Source of the DNA: Eukaryota sp. TZLM1-RC
Lineage: Eukaryota; Protista; Metamonada: BaSk clade
Direction: 5' to 3'
NCBI GenBank assembly: GCA_040285825.1
Contig: JAUPSS010000004.1
Location: 5,485,784 to 5,549,783 of the forward strand
Length of the DNA stretch: 64,000 bases
Position numbers and translations under genes: made by a program
In this document: piece after piece, positions 25,601 through 38,299 of the stretch
Layout of the letters: each line of letters opens with the position of its first letter
How positions within the stretch are numbered: the stretch's first letter is position 1
The notes under the pieces: model-generated
What the model saw: the letters and a program-made list of their open reading frames with translations, nothing else
Told to the model about the DNA's origin: nothing
The model's database searches: none

Positions 25601-26206
25601 CAAGTTTGGGAAAGTAAAGCTCTTCTACTTGATTACCTCAACATTCCTTCCAAAAGATCTGGGTTAAAGGTTGAATTGAGTTTATTGCTGTCTGAATTGC
25701 GGTCAATTCATTCTAATGTACTATTCATCAGAGAAAATGGCTTAAGTCCATCTACTGGTCGTGATTTATCTCAAAATAATCTTTTGTTCACCACCAATTT
25801 TACACAAACAAATTCCACTAAATATGGGCTACATGTTGTACTTTCTGAATATATAGCATTAATTGAAAATTTACTAGGTGAAAGCAACTTTGATGATGCC
25901 TTTGAATCATCCAAGAATCGACTTGATTTATTATCTGAACAACTGGAGATCTATGGTGAGCGTTCGTTGACTTTATACAGAGATGAGGTTTTTTCAGTTG
26001 TTAGTGCTCGAGCTATTTGGTCTAGAGTTTTCTTGGCTCTATTTGTTCTGGTAGTGGTCCTTGAACTACTATTTATTTTTAGAAAGATGTTGAAAAGATT
26101 GTGCCAAGAAGAGATTGTGGATAGTGATCTTATTGCAATGATTCCTCATCAGGTAGTAGATGCAGTTCCATTTATCAAGAATTATGTTGAAACTTGTCTC
26201 CATTAG
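22655..26206 (+). CDS. TmcB/TmcC-like membrane protein, C-terminal part
   Basis: Open 1189-aa frame with repeated TM pairs and extracellular loops; VLRDDEGANLL continues the helical repeat; ERVEVLNLFLWLPKS and DLIAMIP motifs. Confidence 0.75.
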   Translation, partial: VLRDDEGANLLNEQLENLSNASSDHNSSRGSSGIMSTRSLRKRKRKRSSVRAKISSLASQYDNDEKSSVQVLSKAIYIALFSLLGISFFCWGHFEFSLSQFKNDIILVLESSNIAVIGNQLAVLMREFHESLSNSLELILKSQEKLLESADLLSYYSRNTFIGSSGFSDDYQSVVVRKPSNSDVVASFRTPSFLTSSRKNTVPPTTTGIVYSFWELILHLSSSAAKFGNNLFNLNPIETISFFRDVTDNRNTFNLAHFQFKTALLTSTQEMIFTNRIIFIAALLLSIAVVVVIAVFLLAKGLEFFKRERVEVLNLFLWLPKSSINNILDEPKFSKFRRSKRHFFADHVITEETEVDFEASSPTGGQDNFSISIPVSEQNDSTFTDFNDEKNSIGWVIWLFSFVLIGVILVISAFYFSHFALLNRQEFRTIEGNIFRLQSLTIQMTTLDFIGVSRTMSFIATGELSFYRDYWNFLSSGQRENHLMNLLNYGLSDNQMERISDTNNIKEKLVYLETVAQYLAVQAHQIDWSSVFHISDFIYDLKSENDGRADVVRYSHLSWWYSNNSFDSSLNRHEQMSIAAAVVTNDRFMDLLNQNNRIIQSTIAEVRSSQDIFLLESNSSLLSILFFEGVFVLIVIGFIIILVKTKKKMPVFRHSSKVVHSCLILSIFCLVVSFVVLIFSFMALRSYYANIYESVFYFDDLIDLDTTSTNIRFYAEKFVLSHEINDYFKYWKLRKEFNQTVSKISTSQCSLPLNLCEKRALFIKSLENKVVSLFNQHLLTFSLISNSKNYQSVTSELDGHSWNVEDDQNYELIAINNRNTPLSRRYTNSTFDLNRDPEDQIQLAINLQFGNQMLQTLIDIYRNVIEANRNVFMDSGMLLGRERVEFFTNLLSIRTYLFILVFFILFINFFIAYSSTRVIKKPKPHVRQHIEVPLIKQFTKRFQISFATVLGFFVLFTVFSLYTFTSVSSFPKELSVVSTRSSQVWESKALLLDYLNIPSKRSGLKVELSLLLSELRSIHSNVLFIRENGLSPSTGRDLSQNNLLFTTNFTQTNSTKYGLHVVLSEYIALIENLLGESNFDDAFESSKNRLDLLSEQLEIYGERSLTLYRDEVFSVVSARAIWSRVFLALFVLVVVLELLFIFRKMLKRLCQEEIVDSDLIAMIPHQVVDAVPFIKNYVETCLH

Positions 26207-26639
26207 TTTTGGTTTTGGTTTTCTATAGTGGTATATTTTTTAAGTTTATTTTGAGTTTTCAAAAAATAAAGGTTTATTTTTATATGGTTCTTGGCAAAAT
26301 CGTGTACATTACACACCATATGAACAGTATTAGACTTGCAACCACATTAATACTATTACCACATCTTTTCTGCCAGCAAATCTCTCATATGATTGTTAGA
26401 TAGAGTGCAATAATATCAACAGCATGGGTGGTGGCTTAAAAGTGTTGGAAGCTCAGTATTTCTTGTTGATTGTTCGAGATAAATCTTGTTCTTATTAATA
26501 AAACGTATTTTCTATAACGACAATATTACTCAACAGATTCTGAAACAGGACATCAATTTCACCATTGTGTTTTAGTTGAGATAATGTTATTGTTCGCTTA
26601 AGTGGTTCTTGGGGTGAATTCGGAGAAGGTGTTTTCCTT

Positions 26640-28560
26640 GCCCAACTTCAACAACTTCAGAACAAAACCTTCACTCTACAAAATGTCTGCCTGTCAAAAG
26701 TCAGTTAATAATATAAAACATTATATGAATCATTGGAAACTGATCACAGATAGAATATACAGGGAAGCAAATCGTGGCAAATGGAAGTACCTACAGTTTC
26801 AAAACCGTAGAAGAGAATGACCGTTCAGAGAGGAGTTTATTGAGTTCAAAAGAGCAACAGAGTATCCAAGTACGCTGTATTTAGCTGTTGAATCCGCGAA
26901 CTTTCACAGTCTTTTCGGAAAATTAAAACCATATGGATCTAGTCGTTGCTTCATTGCTTGGCTGAAATGCCAAAAGAGTGTCCTGCTGATGATGACAAAT
27001 GAATTCGAAACCAGTAAATTTTAATACTGCTACCATCGTGAAGCAGAAGCAACCATGGTATGACAACACAAACATTCTTCAGCATGCCATCAGGTGAATG
27101 CCAGAGATCCACATTGGATGTACATTACTGTTTGACGGATGGTCAGACCCATCAAGAAAACATTATTTGAACTTCTTATTAGTCAGTCACTGTGGAGCTT
27201 ATTTTTTGAAGTCAAGAGAAGTCAAGAGATACAAGTGGTGTGCGAAACAACACACAATATATCACATCCGAATAAAAGCAGTCTCAACAGAGATTGGGTC
27301 ATCCAAAGTTACACAGATAATTTCAGATAATGCACTCGTTTGTTGTGCTGCTGCTGACATCATTCAAAATTAATACAAGCAAATTTATTTTTCTACCTTG
27401 TAGCTCACACACATTGGACCTGACTCTTGAGGGTTGCAAAAACGTTGAACAAATTGCTAATTTAATTCAGAAATCATTAAAACTGGTTACATTCATTGTC
27501 AATAAGAAGGTAGTTGATGACGACAATGAAAAAGATCACCACTAAAGTTGTTGAAGCCGGTCTCCACTCAGTTTCACACAAACTTTTTACTATTTGAAAG
27601 ATTCCTCAAAGCCAAAAAACATCTGGTCAGCACAATGTTAGCTGTCATATTGAAGAAGCTGCCAAAAAGTGAATTCCGATGCAAAAGCTGAATAGTCAAG
27701 ACCCAAAATTCATGATCGTGGATGAAATTCATTGGAAAAACATGCGGAAATTACTTGATTTCTGAAACCTTTCGTAGGTTTAATTTGTTATACGGACAAA
27801 AATATCGCTGATTTAAGCAAGCTTTTCATTCGCTCAAGAAAACTATGTAACGATGTAGTTAAAACCAGCTTGCCTCTCTGACTATCAAAGAAAATGCATT
27901 CTTGAAAAGAAATTTACAAGAAAAATGCAATCAAGTCATCACTGACCTCCATATAGCTACACACCTTTTGGATCCTGAATTTCATTCGGAACTAGGAGCA
28001 ATGAATAACTATCAAGCAACAGCACTGGAAAGAACGATTACCAAATGTGTAGGAGTCGAAGATGGTTCAAGAACTTACAGAGAATTTCTGGACTATGAAC
28101 AAAAACAAGGGTTTTACGGTAACTCCTTGATATGGAACGACTGTGACAAGGTCAGTCCTATCACATGGTGGAACAAATATAGCTCAAAAGATGGTTTTCT
28201 ACGTAAGGTAGCTGTCAAGGTGCTTGCTCAAGCCACATTGAGTCGTGCAGCAAAGCGCGACTGGAGTATACATGGAAGTATCAATATATAAGAAGGAACA
28301 GAATGAGTGCAAATATGTTAATTGACTTGTTATGGCGTTAGGCAGAAATACCAATGAAGCAAAGACAAAAAAAGAGCATTTATTAAAGATACCTGTTCTT
28401 GAACAAGTGTCACGTCATCACCTAAAATTCTCAGCTGTCTACCGGTCTAGTTGATCAGCAACAACAACAATTAGTGTTTCTGAATGCTAATTTAAGACTC
28501 AAAAATTAAGATGAACGAACGAATGAATGTGAAGAGTTCTGAAGAATTTTTGTTCTGGGA
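26640..28560 (+). mobile_element. hAT (DUF659-type) transposase pseudogene
   Basis: GCTLLFDGWSD, QIISDNA, LPCSSHTLDL, ATHLLDPEF, PITWW, RAAKRDWSIHG. Confidence 0.85.
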
Positions 28561-29269
28561 CATACTTGCAAAATTTTTTTGACAAGGGTCAAAAAATAAT
28601 ACAAATACAAATACAGAAATACAAATACAAAATACAAATACAGAAATACAAAATACAGATGTTTATCCAGTTGGTGTTTTAGCCAGAATTTCGAATGTAT
28701 AAGGTTACTCTCTACGTTTTTTTAATACACTGTTATTCTTTTTTGCTATTCTTCTCGGTTTTCCTGCTGATGGGCCCACACAAGCGTGCATTAGTGAACT
28801 ATCGACTTCTTCGTCGATTTCATCAATTAAGCTTTGTGTGTCTTCGGGAGCGACACTTGTGATCTCGACTGGTTCAGGATCAAACTCAATGTCATCGTCA
28901 TCACAAAACATAACCATAGTTTCCAGCTCAGCAACAATATCATTTTCAGGAAGATGAATATTATTTTCAATGAATGAGTTGTCAATCTGACTCAATTTAT
29001 CTCCCCACTTATCTCACTTATCTTAGATCGTTTTATTGCTATTGACGATATGGGTCTTAAAACCGGGAGGAGGTTCAAGTTTGAAAGACTTCTGGTAGTG
29101 GGGGGTGGAGGAAGATGTCATAATCAGAATGCAAAACACGGTAAACCTAATTTTATAATGTGCAACAAAATACAAAAAAATACAACTACATCGGAAAAAA
29201 AATACAAATACAAATACAAAGAAAATACAGAATACAAATAAATACAGAAAATGGTATTTTGCAAGTATG
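28561..29269. mobile_element. Non-autonomous hAT element (MITE-like, 709 bp)
   Basis: 14-bp TIR CATACTTGCAAAAT; 8-bp TSD TTCTGGGA at 28553-28560 and 29270-29277; AAATAC subterminal repeats. Confidence 0.92.
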
Positions 29270-29448
29270 TTCTGGGATGAAAAATCACTTGGTGCGGTTC
29301 CAAAAATTGATGAACAAAATTTGGATGTAACCCAGGAAGAGCTTGTCCACCGTTGTTATTACGAAAATCTTTAGTATTGTTTTAGTACGTATTCATTAGC
29401 AATTCCTTCTTTATCAATCAGCATAACAATTGTTGCTTAAGGAACAAC

Positions 29449-30271
29449 GATGGAACACCGGAACACGTCTTTGACACGTGTCAACACGTGTAACGTGCAA
29501 CTGTGAACACTGAATTAAATCAGAGTGCACAAAACACGGCACCCATTCGAACACCAATGTTCCAACATGCGTAAAAAACACGTGTTTATAATAGATCAAC
29601 ACTTGTGCGGTATATTGCATACCTATACGGTTCTCTGCGATAATGTATTTGCTGTTATTTACCTCAAAACATCAACTGTGTAGTTTATAATTTGCCTCTT
29701 TTCTTAAGATATTGCACTAATACAGCAGGTCAAACTAACATTTATTATAAGACAAAACTCTGAATTCTAAACGCCATACCAGATTTTTGTGATGATAGGG
29801 ATCCACAATTCTTTTATCAACATGAAGCTGTTCAAAATCAATCTCCACCACATCAAAACCCATGGAAACAGCTTTTGAACATTCATCTTCCCAGGCAAAC
29901 ACTCTTTCTCCCGCAGTACGTAAACGATGTTGAAGTTTTTGGTTAGCATACAATTATATTAAGTCATTTAGAAGTTTTGATGCCATTCTATTGCTCCGAC
30001 TGGTGTTCACAATCGAATGAACACTCCGATTACGTTCAGCAGCTCCTTTGCTGTTGGTTGATGTTAAATCTTTACAGCTGCTCGTCTTCAAAATACATTT
30101 CGTGATCCAAACTGATCCCACCATTTTCGTGGTGTACAATTTTCACCTATTGCCAGATCAACTCACTACAATTAAAGTTTACTTTGTTTCTTGATCATAC
30201 AATTCATTCATAACTAATTCGATAGAGTCCATCAACACCCTTGGGAATTGGAGATCAAAAAAATGGGCAGC
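29449..30271 (-). mobile_element. hAT 3' remnant, inverted near-identical copy of 9015-9834
   Basis: Paired ORFs 29954-30139 vs 9146-9331 and 29414-29620 vs 9663-9995. Confidence 0.85.
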
Positions 30272-30935
30272 TGTTGCCGTTAGGCATTATGCTAGCTGTA
30301 TGTTAGATGTATGTGTAAGGCGGGTTAAGATAAAGATAATTTTATTTAATGTTATTCTATATACTTAGGTACTCACTAGTGAGGTACCTACACTACCTTC
30401 TCCCGTTTTCTTAATTAAAATTATTTACAGTTGTTCTTCCGCTTCATCTGCGGATAACGCTTTTGCTGAGGCACAGGGAGAGCCCGAGCTTCCTTGTTGG
30501 ATTTAATAGATTTACGTTTTCTTTTATTTGGTTTCTTATTAAATCGTTGATACGCTTCAGAATATCTGATAGAATGGAGTGGTTCCTCGGTATCTCGGTA
30601 TCTCCACCAAACCATCTTACAGTACAGAAGGGTCCTTGAGCAGTATTATACTCGTCAAGGATTTCCTCGATGACATGTTTACCTGAATCTGTGGCTACGA
30701 TGGCCCTAAGTAGATCGACATCGTTAGGATTGTCAGCGTTGTAAATTTCACAGTCCCTCTTAGATATTTTAGTTTGTTCACCAGTCGTCAGGTTCTTCAT
30801 TAATAAAGTGGAGTTGGACGGCGTTTCTAAAACCAGATACGAGCCTAACCAAGATCCATGCAAGTTATTAGGTTGTTTAGTCTTTCGAAGAAAATAGTCA
30901 CCAAAATTAAATGTATTTTCATCTATATGACACAA
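30272..30935 (-). mobile_element. Second Gypsy family: integrase C-terminus/chromodomain, PPT and 121-bp 3' LTR (30272-30392)
   Basis: LHGSWLGSYLV, HVIEEILD..CTVRWFGG; AAAACGGGAGAAGGTAG directly before TGTAGG. Confidence 0.8.
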
Positions 30936-30939
30936 GTTT

Positions 30940-33002
30940 TTTTTTTAAAATATAATTTTATTCTAAACCTATAAATCAACATCTAAAAAATCCATCTCTC
31001 CCAAAACAAAAACACTAGATGCTACTCTCTCATAGTGAGATCCAAGAGAAAGCAAAGCATCAGAAACCATCTTCAACATCCCCTTAAAAATAGAAAACAC
31101 AATTCTATTTTTGCCAAAACAATCTGTTGAAATTTCTGCCAGTTCTTCTCTTTACAATCATTTCAAAATCATCCAAAAAACGTAAAGCAGTTGGTGCAAG
31201 TGAACCAAAAAGGGAAAATACAAATGGATACAAATTGTATTTTGCATGCTGTAGACTGGCCAATTTGGACAAAGGTTCATTGTATTTTTTGAATTTAAAA
31301 TTTTCAGCATTTGAAAGGGGATTATGAATTTCAGAATTAACAAGCCTTTCATTTGAGGCATTACAAGGATCAACAGACATTACATCCAATAAAATGAAGC
31401 TTCCATCTAATCCAGGTAATATGACATCACCTCTATTATTCTTATGAAAATCATTTTCAGCATCAAACAGATTTGACAACAAAGGTTCCAAGAAGGATTC
31501 AATTCTATGAGATTTACACATACAATATACCTGGTCTCTTACAGCATCATGAACCTTGCTTCTAAAAGTAATAAAATGTTTACAATTTAACAAATGAGTA
31601 GTTGTAATTTCTCGAGAACATTTACAAATTAAATTATGGGGTAAATTATCAGGCCAGATAAAGGAACGAAATCTCATATTCAGAGTCCAAGCAGAATCGG
31701 ATAAGAGAGTACCATATACTTGTGGAATTGTTGTTACTAAGGCAGAAGAAGTACTGTCACACATATCTTGTAAAAGATTTGCAAAAGCGGGATTCTTTTT
31801 CTTGGCCAAGCCAAGTCTAACATCAAAATCCAAGCTTTCAAAAATCTTTGACAATTTTTGTTGAAGCTTTTTACAGCAAAACTGTAAATTAAATAGAGAT
31901 CGGTTTGGAATTTCTTGAATTGATTGAGGAAAGCATTTGGTCCAAATTTGTGGCGGTAATTTTTCAAGTTCACAAGATAACTCATACAAATAGGGACTAC
32001 AATTGGGGACTAACAGATGAGAATCATCAGGAAATCTACGAGAAAATTCATAAATAAAATTTTTGCCACCACCCAAGAATGCTGATTGACACAAAATTGA
32101 AGATTTAGTAAATCCAATACCCCCAAATTTGCTGAAGAAAATAAATGGCTTTTCAACATTCCTGGTTCTACATCCAATAAATCAGCAAAAATTCTGTTCT
32201 CAATGAATTAAAAGAACGACAAAAATCTAATGCTATGGAAGGAGCACAAGATCTCAAAATGTGGGTTATTCTCCCAGTGTAGCAAATTTTAAGCATAAAA
32301 AATTTAATATGCTTTTCTATATCTAAAGAAGAAATTGAATCAAGTTCAATTTTCATTTTTTCCAAAATAACTTGCAATTCATTCTGAATTTGAGGCACAT
32401 TTCCTAACCAACAACCAAGGAACTTAAAAGCATCACTACTATAATTAGTAAAAGGGACAATAGAATCGTTTATCACTAGGTCTTGAGCAGAAGAGCCAAT
32501 CAGAAGACATTTGCTGGCATTAAGATGAAGCCCAATATTTTCATATGAATCAGCAATTTCTTGAGCAACCAATTCTAGTAAATCAAATGAACCAATCAAG
32601 GATATATCATCCATATAAGCAACTATTTTTATAGAAGGGTATTTTTGCTTAATGATATTTAAAGTTTTGTGAATAGCTAAACAAAACAATAATGGGCCTA
32701 AAGGATCTCCCTGCTTCACTCCAGAAGATGATTTAAGACCAAATGAATTAAAAATTAAATCTGATTCTTTCCCATAAAAATGGTAGAAAAAACTCGATAG
32801 CTCAGGAAAATCAGATTTAATAACTTCAAAATTGCTTCTCGCTTTACAGAGTTAAAAGCATTTTTAAAGTCGAGATTAAAAATAAAATTATTTTCCTCTG
32901 CATTAAAAAAGGTATCAGAGGCAATAGCAGCAACAGAAGCACCATCAATTGTTTTGATTCCAAATTGATGAGGATTCAAAAAAATATATATAACAATATA
33001 TA
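30940..33002 (-). mobile_element. 5'-truncated RLE non-LTR retrotransposon family B (CRE-like RT plus RLE) with poly(A) tail and 16-bp TSD
   Basis: TATATGACACAAGTTT at 30924-30939 and 33003-33018; LDFKNAFNSV, KQGDPLGPLLF, AYMDD, CKCS..HLLNC, HDAVRD, NRGDV, ENFKFKKY. Confidence 0.92.
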
Positions 33003-33414
33003 TATATGACACAAGTTTGTAAGACGTTTATTTTTAATTAACCAAAACTGGAACATTTATGTCAGTTTAGATGAAAAATTATTGTAGTGCGGTATATTTT
33101 AGGTAAAAAGCTTGCAACAATAGTTGAGCAGTATTTATTGCAATATATTCCAATACATCAATTATTTACCGAATCCTGCAACAGACTAAATTGCTCACAA
33201 TATTTGTATGTATTCCAGTATGTATTTTAGTTAATTCTGCTTGGCTGACTTGGGTTATGAAGACATAGAATTTTAACCTGGTCGTATAGATTATTTTTTA
33301 TTGGAATAAATAAAAAGTTTTTTGAAAAAAAAATACTTGTATGTGATCATGTGAATTTCTGCATTGCAACAATTTTTGTCCATTTCCTATGATTTCACAT
33401 TGCTAACATAAGTT

Positions 33415-34241
33415 ATGTCAAGCGATGAATCAGAAGCGACAGATCTTTTGACATCTCTGTCCGTACGACCTCCACCTGCTTTCTTCCATGCAGAAGGCAG
33501 TGACCATTGTACAGATGTGGGTAAGCAGTTTGATTTTGATGTTTTGATCTCTCCCTACTTCTACGGACATATTTCAAAACTTTTGAGTATAGTTCAACAA
33601 CTACCATACAACACAATGTTCATCTCTCCAGTTTATTATTTTGCACAGAATAAGCAAAGCATAACTGAGATTAACGACTATCAGTTTCTCGTTACTGCCT
33701 AAGTAGATGAAAATCAGTCTCCTTTTGACACAGTGATTGGTGAAGTCATCGAGGAACTTGGTTTTGAAGTCACCCTTGAGATGATTACTTCCCATGGTAC
33801 AACTCCCTCTGCTAGAAAAAAGAAAGGACGAACAGAGATAATAACAGTCCATTACTTTAGTGTTTGTCTCAACCCTACAGCTGATAGCACTGATTCTATT
33901 GATAGGAGCAAAGCTATAGAGCCCTTAACTCTCACTCTTCGGATCCAGTGGTAGTTTCAATCTTTGTTTATGTTTCTTACAATTCTCTTGAGCAACTCAA
34001 TCAAATTCTCCAACGTAGACAACGTCTAAAAAACCCATGTCACAAAGGAAGTGAACATGATTGCGGACACCGTGTCATTGTTATGAACAAGCAAAAGTTG
34101 ATTGAGTGTATGAAAAATCCAACTCTTATGAAGAAATCTACGACACTACAGCAGATGTACAACACTGCCATGCAACCAGAACCACACAACAAAATGAGGA
34201 GAAACCAAAGGGCCAAGAACTACAAGGACAGTGGGGTTTAG
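33415..34241 (+). pseudogene. Possible Nudix-fold pseudogene
   Basis: A*VDENQSPFDTVIGEVIEELGF aligns to the Nudix box GX5EX7REUXEEXGU with substitutions; in-frame stop at 33700-33702. Confidence 0.4.
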
Positions 34242-34585
34242 TGTAAATATTTAGCTACTTAATAAATTGGATCAAATTTTTTGTCATATACCTTGGGTCG
34301 TGCTCTCAATTGCTCTAAATTGAATTTACCGTTTTTCAATACATGATGTTTACAGAAAACACTGTTTTTAATATGGCAAAAATTGCAAAAGTTGTATTAA
34401 AAGTTGTATCAAAAGTTGTATTAAGGTGCATTTTATAGAGAAACAGTCATTAAAAAAATTTACTTCTGATGATAAATGTGATATTTATTGTGTTTGGATT
34501 GGTAGCTCTGAAGTTATTCTTGATTTTGTTTCTAGCAATGTTTAACACCATACTTTGGTTTGAAGGACAAAAATTAATTTTGTAG

Positions 34586-37500
34586 TGTTAGTCTTAAATA
34601 ATACTAATAGCTTTAATATTATAGTTTATTTAGTTTTCGCCTATTAGTACAAGAAGACGGAATACAATTCCTCTTCGTAATACATTACATTACATCTACT
34701 GTATTTCGCATCACCAACAGCCTAGACCATCAATACGTATTGTGTTGCCAATGGCTTCGCCTAGACACCCTGATAAAGAGATTGGGTCCTCTTCACTCCC
34801 CACAAAACAAACCGAAGTTTCGCCTCCTGGTGAAGCTCCTGCGCTTCCAGAAGATTTTTTCCAGAAAATGCTGTTCCTATGGAAAGAAGTTCTCTTGATG
34901 CGATTCCACTCATACAGAAGTAGAAAACATTTCCTCAGGATTCTATTCCTTTGGAAGGATGCAAGCCTTCTCAAAATTCCATTCCTCAGAAAGGAAGAAG
35001 TCCTTTGTTGGTGCCTTACTACGAAGACGTAGAAATTCCTGAGGTCCCTCCCTCTTTTTCACAATTTAGAAATGCAGAGTCCCACTTTCTTCTATCCCAA
35101 TGAGTAGTTCTGAAGTTACACTTTCTACTCCTACTCAATGCAGAGAGTCAGTCTCACCTCTTCCTGCTACAAAGAAACGATCTGGAGTTCAACCTTCTTC
35201 CTCCCCTCAAACAAACACTGAAATTCCACCTTCATCCTTTTCTTCTGAGGTCCCACCCTCTCACTCTCAACAAACTCCTTTAGTTTCAACTGTAAGAAAA
35301 ACCATTCAAAATTTTGCTGTTCCAGTTTCAGGATCTCCACTTACTTCAAGCACAGTAAGTGAAGTTAACAACCTCACTTTTTCATCTTCCCATGCTAGAG
35401 ATACTATTCCTAGCACACCAAACCTTCCTTCGTACGAACAATTGTTTTCGGACTTAGTTGATTACGAGGAACCTCCTATGGAATTCTCTTCAACGCCTCA
35501 ACCCTCGGTTTTTACCACGGAACTTAGACTTGCAGTCGATAGATTTTTTGATGAAGTTTTAAAACTGTATTTAAATCGATTTTACCGAGAAAAGAGGAAT
35601 TGAAAACACAGAAAAAGACTGGAGAAAAGATCCAGGCTAGAAAAGGACATTCCTCTTCACCAGCCCAACAATCAGTTCAAACTGTAGTTGTACTCCTCTA
35701 CTCTGGCTCCTACGCTAGTACTAGTGTTCACGAAAACAGTACCTCCCATCAGCACAGACCCAGTGTTCCACATAGAGATACAAGAATTAATCCAAATGAA
35801 CCTGAAGCCATTCCTCTCACGGAAATGAGCAAGGGACACATTCTATGGTCCTAGATTCAAAAAAGCACAAGGAATATGGGTCACCCCCAGATTGGTCCAT
35901 ACCTATCATTTGAACGAATTGCTCCTGAGAACACTAGAGTTGCTTTCGAGTGTCAGGTATAAAAGGACAACTAGAGAGGGCGTTCTCAGACGTTTCGCTG
36001 GAGACGAATACAATCTTTTCATTAATGAAGCGAACCCCTGTCCCTACCCTAGGTTCAGCCCTGGGGACAACGTCTTTCTCAACACTAATTGACAGAGATC
36101 ACAGAACAGGATGGTGGTTTACCGAAACTAACTACGGTGAAAAATCTTTTTTTTCTATAGACGTCCTGATCACATCGCTTCATATTGTAATCCCAACCAT
36201 AGAAGAACAGGTGATCTTCAAAAAGCTTTTCAGCAGGTCACAGTATTCCCGGGATGTGTTGAATCCAGAATGCTGAAATGGGTTATGGTTAAAGGTAGAA
36301 TAGAGACGACACGCTTGCTACAACCAGCAGTATCTTCACAACATGTTCCTGCCCAAATTGAGGATATCCAGAAATCTCCTCAACCTCAACAGAGCGAAGT
36401 CCCAGCTCCCTCTGTACAACCCACTGAATCAGTACAACCTTCTATGAAAACTGACCCTCTTTCTCCTATAGAAACTTCAGATCAAACTGCTATGGAACGT
36501 CCCGACAACGAAGTAGTCACAGTAAAAAATGAGTCCCCAACTCCTACCACATCTTCTGATGAGGTTCCAGCTCCCATCACTCCCGTTAGTCAAAAACCTC
36601 CAACCCGATTTACACCTTTCACGATAGGTTCAACCTTTACTTTATCCTCTCGTCAATCATTTTTCTCCGGCATTTACGAAAGTAGCCCTCTCCTTTCTTC
36701 TATGATTGGATTTAGAGAGGCCTAGCTGAATGTGTTACCCCTGAGGTGTTAAATGCTTTAAGATATCAAGGTTTTCACCTAGTTATCTCATCTCCTACGG
36801 TTTCCACTTCTCGAGACGAACGCATCATTTGGGCTCAAATTCTAAGAAGAACCCAATTCAGCAGACTGGATGAGGCAAATTGAGCTCTCCTCTCAATTAA
36901 CATGGACTGGACTAAAGGAGATAACGGTTAGAGGTGGATTGACTTTATGGTCAACATCGGCAGAGTACTAACTCGCTCCACTGACATTCAAGACATTAGG
37001 GGTATTTCTCAGCAATTGAGAACATTCTCAATAAGTGCCACTTTCCCAGTGGGTAGACTTGCTGACTGGGTAGTAGCTACTTATGTCCTAGAAAGCATTG
37101 AAATCATCCCTATAGACGACAGACTCCTCAGAATCTGGTCTTCCCCGTACTACTACTCATGCAAAGGTCCCACTCTGGGTGAATTCTTCAGTGTTCTTCA
37201 AATAGAATACGAGAATTTCTGTCACGACAGGTCTAATCTTGAACAATTGAACCACGTTGATTTCACATATCAGAACCAACTGACACATCAACAAGCCACC
37301 CACCGACATCCACCGGTGGTACACTCCCCACCTGACATTTCTAGACAACGAGGTTCTAGACCAGGTAAACGCTCTGAACAATTCAAGAGAGGAGGTGGCT
37401 CACCAAAACCGTCTTCCACCCAAGATGATGTGCAGTGTAATTTCTGCAAACATATGGGCCATCCGACTGCGAACGATGAGTTCCACTCATGGGTTGCTGC

Positions 37501-37909
37501 AAATGATGTTGAAGAACACATCATAGAAAAGGTGCTCAATCAGGACGGTGACTTATGCCAAGTACAAGGGCCTGTAAAGAATATCACCACTGAACATATG
37601 TCTACAGTCCAAAATACTGCCGCGTATAAAGACTTCATCAAGACTTCGAAAGCACGTCACCGTACTAAATCCGCTCCTCCCAAGAAGCGTCCCAGAACTA
37701 GTGCTTCACCTCCTGTGACTAGAGCTTTCAGGAATCGTCGCTCGAAAATCAGGAAAAAACAGTGTTGGTCTTGAATAGTATTGATAGCTTCAATATTATA
37801 GTTTATTTAGTTTTCGTTTATCAGTACAAGAAGAGAGAATACAATTCCTCTTCGTAATAAATTACATTGCATCTACTGCATGTCGCATCACCAACAGCCT
37901 AAACCATCA
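34586..37909 (+). mobile_element. Internally deleted copy of the 147-bp-LTR Gypsy family, nested in a family A RLE remnant
   Basis: LTRs 34586-34732 and 37763-37909; 4-bp TSD GTAG; gag joined directly to the integrase tail (CNFCKHMGHPT-ANDEFHSWV). Confidence 0.92.
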
Positions 37910-38299
37910 GTAGATGCTTCTGAATCTAAATACCTTTGACTGAGGTAGCAAAGTTCATCAAGTATTCTGAAAATATCAGTGTTTGGTGCGAATCCGCCCC
38001 AGTACAGGTGTGATGCAGAAACTACATTACAATTAACATAAGGCACAACATCGTTTACCTTGCTCTCATCATGGATCAACACTCTCCATCAACTAACGTT
38101 GAATACGTCGAAGTCATCAGAAAGCCTGTCAACAACAATAAAGGTGACCATTTTCATGGTCGCTACAAGTGTCTCATTACCTCTACTAGCAGTTTTCTAG
38201 GCATAGTGTTTGACGTCAACTTGGTTAAATTTATCTGATTGGACAAAGGATTGGTGTTCTATTTTTATTCTTTTATTGGAAAAAACAAATCTGTCAAAA

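Noticed and set aside
28595-28660. AAATAC arrays as CRISPR or telomeric repeats
   Set aside because: No unique spacers; they are subterminal repeats inside a TIR/TSD-bounded hAT element
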